Positions 59,376-64,000 of a stretch of DNA of 64,000 nt are shown in pieces. Position 1 is the first letter of the stretch. Each line of letters starts with the position of its first letter. Location: positions 432,758-496,757 of the forward strand of contig CAVPLP010000002.1 in assembly GCA_963706075.1 (NCBI GenBank), given 5' to 3'. This DNA comes from an uncultured Actinomycetes bacterium. Lineage in GTDB: Bacteria; Actinomycetota; Thermoleophilia; Gaiellales; JAICJC01. The notes under the pieces are model-generated. The model did not search any database, was not told the DNA's origin, and saw only the letters and a program-made list of their open reading frames with translations. Made by a program: the position numbers and the translations under genes.

Positions 59376-60149
59376 TCACCGGGCCTCGCCCGGTCCCTTC
59401 GGTTCACGGTGCGTGAGGATGCGCGGTTCGCTCGCGGTGACCGCCACGGTGTGCTCGCAGTGCGCTGCGAGGCTGCCGTCGCGGGTGAAGACGGCCCAGC
59501 CGTCGGGGCCGCCCTCCACGTCGTAGCCGCCGGCCGTGATCATGGGCTCGATGGCAAACACCATGCCCGCCGCGAGCTTCGGGCCGCGGCCGGGCGGCCC
59601 GTAGTTCGGGATCTGCGGGTCCTCGTGCATGCTGCGCCCCACCCCGTGCCCGACGAGGCTCCGGACGACGCCGAAGCCGCGCGCCTCGACGACCTCCTGC
59701 ACCGCGTGGCTGACGTCGCCGAGCCGGTTCCCCTCCCGGCACTGCTCGATCGCCGCCTTCAGGCCGAGATTGCACGCGTCGATCAGCTCGGCGGCCTCGG
59801 GCGTGGGGTCGCCGATCGTGACGGTGATCGCCGAGTCGGCGACGTACCCGTCGAGCGTGACGCCCACGTCGATCGAGAGCAGGTCGCCGTCAGACAGCGG
59901 GTAGGGGCCGGGGATGCCGTGCACGACCATCGCGTTCGGAGACGCGCAGATCGACCCCGGGAAGCCGCGGTAGCCCTTGAACGTCGGCACGCCGCCACGG
60001 GCGGTGATGAACTCCTCGGCCATGCGGTCGAGGTCGGCCGTCGTCACCCCGGGCTTCGCCTCCCGCTCGAGCATGTCGAGCGTCTCGGCGACGACCTTGC
60101 CCGCGCGTGCCATCGTCTCGAGCTCGGCCTCGGTCTTGCGCACGATCAT
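59376..60149 (-). CDS. map: Type I methionine aminopeptidase
   Basis: ATG at 60149 within ORF 59376..60284: [16 protein letters not shown]...HGIP...DVG...VGHGVG...FAIEPM...EHTV. Confidence 0.95.
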   Translation of the reverse strand: MIVRKTEAELETMARAGKVVAETLDMLEREAKPGVTTADLDRMAEEFITARGGVPTFKGYRGFPGSICASPNAMVVHGIPGPYPLSDGDLLSIDVGVTLDGYVADSAITVTIGDPTPEAAELIDACNLGLKAAIEQCREGNRLGDVSHAVQEVVEARGFGVVRSLVGHGVGRSMHEDPQIPNYGPPGRGPKLAAGMVFAIEPMITAGGYDVEGGPDGWAVFTRDGSLAAHCEHTVAVTASEPRILTHREPKGPGEAR

Positions 60150-60814
60150 GTGCGCCCGTCCAGGCCGTCGATGAGCGCGTCGACGCTGCGGGCCACGTCC
60201 TCGCGAGGGACGGACGCGTCGATGCGGGCGACGAGCCCCTGGCCGGTGTAGTAGTCGAGCACCGGTGTCGCGGCCGCCACCCACTGCTTCTCGTACCGCG
60301 CGCGGATGACGTCCTCACGATCGTCGTCGCGCTGGTAGAGCTCCGAGCCGTCGATGTCGCAGACCCCCTCGACGGCCGGCGGGTGGAACTCGACGTGGTA
60401 GACGTGGTCGGCGGCGCGGCACACCCGGCGCCCGGACAGCCGCCGGATGAGCTCGTCGAGGCCGACCTCCAGGACGACGACGGACGCGATCTTGCGACCG
60501 AGGCCGTCGAGCATGCCGTCCAGCGCCTCGGCCTGTGCGCTCGTCCGCGGGAACCCGTCGAGAAGCACACCGGGCTCGGTGTCGGGAGCCCCGAGGCGCT
60601 CGCGGAACATCGCGATGATGAGGTCGTCCGAGACGAGGTCGCCGCGCGCCATGATCGCCTTCGCCTCGAGCCCGAGCGGCGTGCCGTCGCGGACGGCGGC
60701 CCGCAGCATGTCGCCGGTCGCGATGTGGGCGAGGCCGCGATCCGACGCGATGCGCGCTGCCTGCGTGCCCTTGCCGGCGCCCGGCGGGCCCATCAGGATC
60801 AGGTCGAGTGACAT
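60146..60814 (-). CDS. adk: Adenylate kinase
   Basis: ATG at 60814 within ORF 60146..61588: LILMGPPGAGKGTQA...ATGDMLR...LLDGFPRT...RLSGRR. Confidence 0.95.
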   Translation of the reverse strand: MSLDLILMGPPGAGKGTQAARIASDRGLAHIATGDMLRAAVRDGTPLGLEAKAIMARGDLVSDDLIIAMFRERLGAPDTEPGVLLDGFPRTSAQAEALDGMLDGLGRKIASVVVLEVGLDELIRRLSGRRVCRAADHVYHVEFHPPAVEGVCDIDGSELYQRDDDREDVIRARYEKQWVAAATPVLDYYTGQGLVARIDASVPREDVARSVDALIDGLDGRT

Positions 60815-60816
60815 GG

Positions 60817-62094
60817 CTACTTCAGGAAGCCCTTGTAGGAGCGCATCGACAGCTGCGACTCGATCTGGCGCATCGTGTCGATGGCGACCCCGACGACGAT
60901 CAGCACGGACGTGCCGCCCAGGGCCCGCGCGGTGGCGGTCGAGAACCCGCCGTACTTGATGAAGAGCGACGGCAGGACGGCCACGGCCGCGAGGAAGAGC
61001 CCGCCCGCGACCGTGAGCCGCACGAGCACCTTCTCGAGGTACTGCGCGGTCGGCCTCCCCGGTCGCACGCCGGGCACGAACCCGCCGTACTTCTTGAGGT
61101 TCTCGGCCTGCTCGATCGAGTTGAAGACGACGGCGACGTAGAAGAACGTGAAGCCGAAGATCAGCACCGCCTCGCCGATCAGGAACGGCCAGCCGCCGGG
61201 CGTGAAGAACTGTGCCATGTCCTTGGCGAACTGCCACGGGAGGAGCGATCCCACGGTCGGCGGGAACGCCATGATCGCCGCCGCGAAGATGACCGGGATG
61301 ACGCCGGCCATGTTGACGCGAAGCGGAAGGTAGGTCGAGCCGCCCGAGGTCATCCTTCGCCCGACCATCCGCTTGGCGTACTGGATCGGGATCTTGCGGA
61401 TGCCCTCCTGCACGTAGACGACCGCCACGATCACCAGGAAGACGACGACCGGCAGCGACAGCTTCTCGAAGGTCGAGCCCTGCCACCAGGCCGAGATGCC
61501 GGCCGGGGCCGACGTCAGGATCGAGGCGAAGATCAGGAGCGACATGCCGTTGCCGACGCCGCGCTGGGTGATCAGCTCGCCGATCCACATGAGGAGCGTC
61601 GCGCCCGCCGTCAGCGTGACGACGATCAGGATCACGTTGCCGAGGTTGAAGCTCACGAGGTTCCCGGTCGCGGCCGAGCCGAGGGCGTTCGAGTGGAACG
61701 CGTACGTGTAGCCGAGCGCCTGGAGGCTGGCGAGGAGGACGGTGAGATAGCGCGTGTACTGCGTGATCCGGCGCTGCCCGAGCTCGCCCTCCTTCTGGAG
61801 CGCCTGGAGCGACGGGAACACCGGCGTCATGACCTGGAGGATGATCGAGGCCGTGATGTACGGCATGATCCCGAGCGCGAAGACTCCGAGGCGCGCGAGC
61901 CCGCCGCCCGAGAACACCGACAGGAGGCCGAAGATGCCGCCCTGGTTCTTGAGCGCCTCGGACAGCGCGTCGGAGTTCACGCCCGGCGCCGGGAGGTACG
62001 ACCCGAACCGGTAGATCGCGAGCATGGCCGCGGTGAAGAGGAGCTTCTTGCGGAGCTCCGGGGACTTCCAGGCGTTCAGGAGGTTCTGGAGCAC
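60817..62094 (-). CDS. secY: Preprotein translocase subunit SecY
   Basis: 425-aa polytopic ORF: ...FALGIMPYITASIILQ...GGFVPGVRPG.... Confidence 0.95.
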   Translation of the reverse strand: MLQNLLNAWKSPELRKKLLFTAAMLAIYRFGSYLPAPGVNSDALSEALKNQGGIFGLLSVFSGGGLARLGVFALGIMPYITASIILQVMTPVFPSLQALQKEGELGQRRITQYTRYLTVLLASLQALGYTYAFHSNALGSAATGNLVSFNLGNVILIVVTLTAGATLLMWIGELITQRGVGNGMSLLIFASILTSAPAGISAWWQGSTFEKLSLPVVVFLVIVAVVYVQEGIRKIPIQYAKRMVGRRMTSGGSTYLPLRVNMAGVIPVIFAAAIMAFPPTVGSLLPWQFAKDMAQFFTPGGWPFLIGEAVLIFGFTFFYVAVVFNSIEQAENLKKYGGFVPGVRPGRPTAQYLEKVLVRLTVAGGLFLAAVAVLPSLFIKYGGFSTATARALGGTSVLIVVGVAIDTMRQIESQLSMRSYKGFLK

Positions 62095-62096
62095 GC

Positions 62097-62729
62097 CTAC
62101 TCCTCGGCGTCGGCCTCGGGCTCAGCCTCGGCCTCGGCTTCGACCTCGGCTGCCTCGGGCTCCGGCTCGGCCTCCGCCTTGGGCGCGGGCTTCTTGGCCT
62201 TGGGCTTCGCCTTGGGAGGCTCCGGCACCGCGGGCGTGCCGTCGACCCGCACGGCCTTGCCGCCGGCCGCCTCGATCAGCTCGACCGCGCGCTTCGAGAA
62301 CGCGTGCGCGGTGACGGTGAGGCTGGTCGTGAGCTCGCCCTTCCCGAGGATCTTGATCGGATGCTTGAGGCTGCGGACGACGCCGGCCGAGCGGAGCAGC
62401 TCGGGCGTCACCTCGACGCCCGCGTCGAAGCGCTCGAGCGACGCCACGTTGACCGGCGTGGTGTGCGTCCGGAACGGCCCCATGGGCATCGACTTCTTGT
62501 GGTTCGGGCCGCGCAGCTTGCCCAGGCGCATGTAGAGCGGCATCTGGCCGCCCTCGAACCCGGGGCGCATGCTGTGGCTGCCCGACCGCGACTTCTGGCC
62601 CTTCTGGCCGCGCCCGGCGGTCTTGCCGCTTCCGGAGCCGTGACCGCGGCCGATCCGCTTGCGCTCGCGGTGGCTCCCTTCGGCCGGCTTCAGCTCGTGC
62701 AGGGTGAGTCCGGGGGTCGCGTCAGCCAT
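62097..62729 (-). CDS. rplO: 50S ribosomal protein L15 with ~60-aa Lys/Pro then Glu/Ala/Pro-rich C-terminal extension
   Basis: 210-aa ORF: LHELKPAEGSHRERKRIGRGHGSGSGKTAGRGQKGQKSR... is typical L15. The tail is PEPPKAKPKAKKPAPKAEAEPEPEAAEVEAEAEAEPEADAEE. Confidence 0.9.
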   Translation of the reverse strand: MADATPGLTLHELKPAEGSHRERKRIGRGHGSGSGKTAGRGQKGQKSRSGSHSMRPGFEGGQMPLYMRLGKLRGPNHKKSMPMGPFRTHTTPVNVASLERFDAGVEVTPELLRSAGVVRSLKHPIKILGKGELTTSLTVTAHAFSKRAVELIEAAGGKAVRVDGTPAVPEPPKAKPKAKKPAPKAEAEPEPEAAEVEAEAEAEPEADAEE

Positions 62730-62907
62730 CGATCTCCTCCACGCGAACCAGGTGGTCCACCTTTCGCAGCATGCCTCGGATCACCGGCGAGTCGTCGCGC
62801 TCGGTCGAAGCGTTGATCTTGCGCAGGCCGAGGGCCCGCATCGTGCCCTTGTGCTCGGGCTTCGTGCGGATCGTGCTCCGGACCTGTGTGATCTTGAGGC
62901 GCGCCAT
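62722..62907 (-). CDS. rpmD: 50S ribosomal protein L30
   Basis: 61-aa ORF: [32 protein letters not shown]. Confidence 0.9.
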   Translation of the reverse strand: MARLKITQVRSTIRTKPEHKGTMRALGLRKINASTERDDSPVIRGMLRKVDHLVRVEEIDG

Positions 62908-63761
62908 CAGGACTCCTCGGCCTCCTCAGCCGGGGTCGGCCTCGGGCTCAGGCTCGGGCTCCGGGGCCGCCTCGGGCTCGGCTGCCGCTTCGGGCTCCGG
63001 CTCGGGCTCGGGTGCGGCTCAGGCTCGGGTGCGGGCTCCGGCTCGGCTGCCGCCTCGGGCGGCGCCTCGGCGGCGGCTTCGGCCTTGGCACGGGCCTTCT
63101 TCGACGGCCGCTTGGTCTTCACGGGAGGCGCCTTTGCGGCAGGCGCGGGCGCGGCCTCGACGACCTCCGCCTCGGCCTCGACGGCAGCGGCGGCAGCGGC
63201 CGCCTCGGCGAGCGTCTCGGAGTGGGGCTTCACGACCTCCCGGATCTCCTTGCCGCGGAGCTTGGCGACGTCCTCGGGGCGCTTCAGGCTCTTCAGCCCG
63301 TCGACCGTGGCCATGAGCAGGTTGATCGGGTTCGCGGTCCCGAGCGACTTGGCGAGGATGTCGCGCACGCCGCCCAGTTCGAGCACGGCGCGGACGCCCG
63401 CGCCCGCGATGACACCCGTCCCCTCGGAGGCGGGCTTCAACATGACGCGGCCGGCGCCGTAGCGGCCGACGATCTGGTGCGTGATGGTCGTCTTGTACTT
63501 GGGCACCTGGAAGAGGTTCTTCTTCGCGTCCTCGACGGCCTTCGCGATCGCCGACGGCACCTCGTTCGCCTTGCCGTAGCCCACGCCGACGTGGTCCACC
63601 TCGTCGCCGACGACGACGAGCGCCGTGAACGAGAACCGGCGGCCGCCCTTGACGACCTTGGCGACGCGGTTGATCTTGACCACGCGCTCCTGGAGCTCGC
63701 GGCCGGGCACCTCCGAGCCGCGGGCGGCGGGGTTTCGGGACTGACGTGGCGCGTACGACAT
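62907..63761 (-). CDS. rpsE: 30S ribosomal protein S5 with ~110-aa Ala/Glu/Pro-rich C-terminal extension (possible frame change at ~63010-63020)
   Basis: ATG at 63761 within ORF 62907..63923: [27 protein letters not shown]...[12 protein letters not shown]. The tail is [28 protein letters not shown].... The last ~35 aa switch style, and an alternative frame gives [28 protein letters not shown] with a TGA at 62926-62928. Confidence 0.9.
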   Translation of the reverse strand: MSYAPRQSRNPAARGSEVPGRELQERVVKINRVAKVVKGGRRFSFTALVVVGDEVDHVGVGYGKANEVPSAIAKAVEDAKKNLFQVPKYKTTITHQIVGRYGAGRVMLKPASEGTGVIAGAGVRAVLELGGVRDILAKSLGTANPINLLMATVDGLKSLKRPEDVAKLRGKEIREVVKPHSETLAEAAAAAAAVEAEAEVVEAAPAPAAKAPPVKTKRPSKKARAKAEAAAEAPPEAAAEPEPAPEPEPHPSPSRSPKRQPSPRRPRSPSLSPRPTPAEEAEES

Positions 63762-63768
63762 ACGGGGG

Positions 63769-64000
63769 CTAGAACTCCAATCCGTTCTCGCGGGCGGCGT
63801 CGGCCAGCGCCTTGACTCGCCCGTGGTACAGGTAGCCGCCGCGGTCGAACACGACGGAGGTGATCCCCGCCTTGCCGGCCCGCTCGGCGACGAGCTTGCC
63901 GACGGCGGCGGGCGTCTCGGCACGGGCCTTCTTCGCCAGCGACTTGTCCTGGCTCGAGGCGGCCGCGACCGTCCGCCCGGCGACGTCGTCGATCAGCTGC
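63769..64000 (-). CDS. rplR: 50S ribosomal protein L18, C-terminal part (5' end beyond right edge)
   Basis: My translation: ...[57 protein letters not shown], with a TAG at 63769-63771. Confidence 0.85.
   Translation of the reverse strand, partial: QLIDDVAGRTVAAASSQDKSLAKKARAETPAAVGKLVAERAGKAGITSVVFDRGGYLYHGRVKALADAARENGLEF

Noticed and set aside
62930-63060. Short tandem GCTCGGGCTC / GGCTCAGGCTCGGG repeats (also 62100-62220) as a possible CRISPR, VNTR or non-coding repeat array.
   Set aside because: The units are 6-12 nt, imperfect and without spacers. They lie inside the rpsE and rplO reading frames, where they encode the Glu/Pro/Ala tails.

Overview
All coordinates, translations and motif calls were made by eye from the sequence and the supplied ORF track; nothing was computed or searched. 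The window is a 64-kb, very GC-rich chromosomal segment (roughly 70% or more by eye, not computed). Gene order looks actinobacterial (an inference from tilS-hpt-ftsH ... folP-folB-folK ... coaX). I count about 85 genes, mostly housekeeping.

Layout:
- Left arm: coaX (partial), a DUF2469 protein, methyltransferases, folK/folB/folP with an embedded NarL-type response regulator, a disrupted phosphodiester-glycosidase gene, and ftsH-hpt-tilS.
- Middle: small-molecule metabolism genes, a tandem pair of GAF-GAF-GGDEF diguanylate cyclases, a hyuA-hyuB-clpS-ctaG-like-nitrilase string, and a C45 peptidase/amidase/FAD-oxidase/grx/bolA group. It also holds an ATP-dependent DNA ligase, proS, a TPP riboswitch driving a thiXYZ-like ABC importer, and cell-envelope genes. 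tRNA-Pro(CGG) carries a ~1-kb decayed integrative-element remnant, followed by nif3 and dacB.
- Right arm: ligA, a cupredoxin, a nitrilase/GFA pair, an AKR-kinase-phosphatase-like fusion, surE, truA, and the rplQ-rpoA-rpsD-rpsK-rpsM-rpmJ-map-adk-secY-rplO-rpmD-rpsE-rplR(partial) cluster.

Non-genic signals worth attention:
1. Seven copies of a ~30-37 nt AT-armed palindromic element with compensatory core variants, mostly sitting exactly between gene ends.
2. The tRNA-Pro att-repeat mini-island with an RNase H-like cargo gene and an integrase stub.
3. A compact promoter / leaderless 8-codon ORF / intrinsic terminator unit upstream of a small HTH-like ORF and dacB.
4. A recurrent TAnnnT-N6-7-start layout, which implies leaderless mRNAs.

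Major caveat: at least 16 genes, including essential ftsH, need a frame change to give a sensible protein. This suggests indel errors in the assembly rather than biology, apart from one gene with clustered disruptions. No CRISPR array, intact IS element or recognisable defence system was seen.
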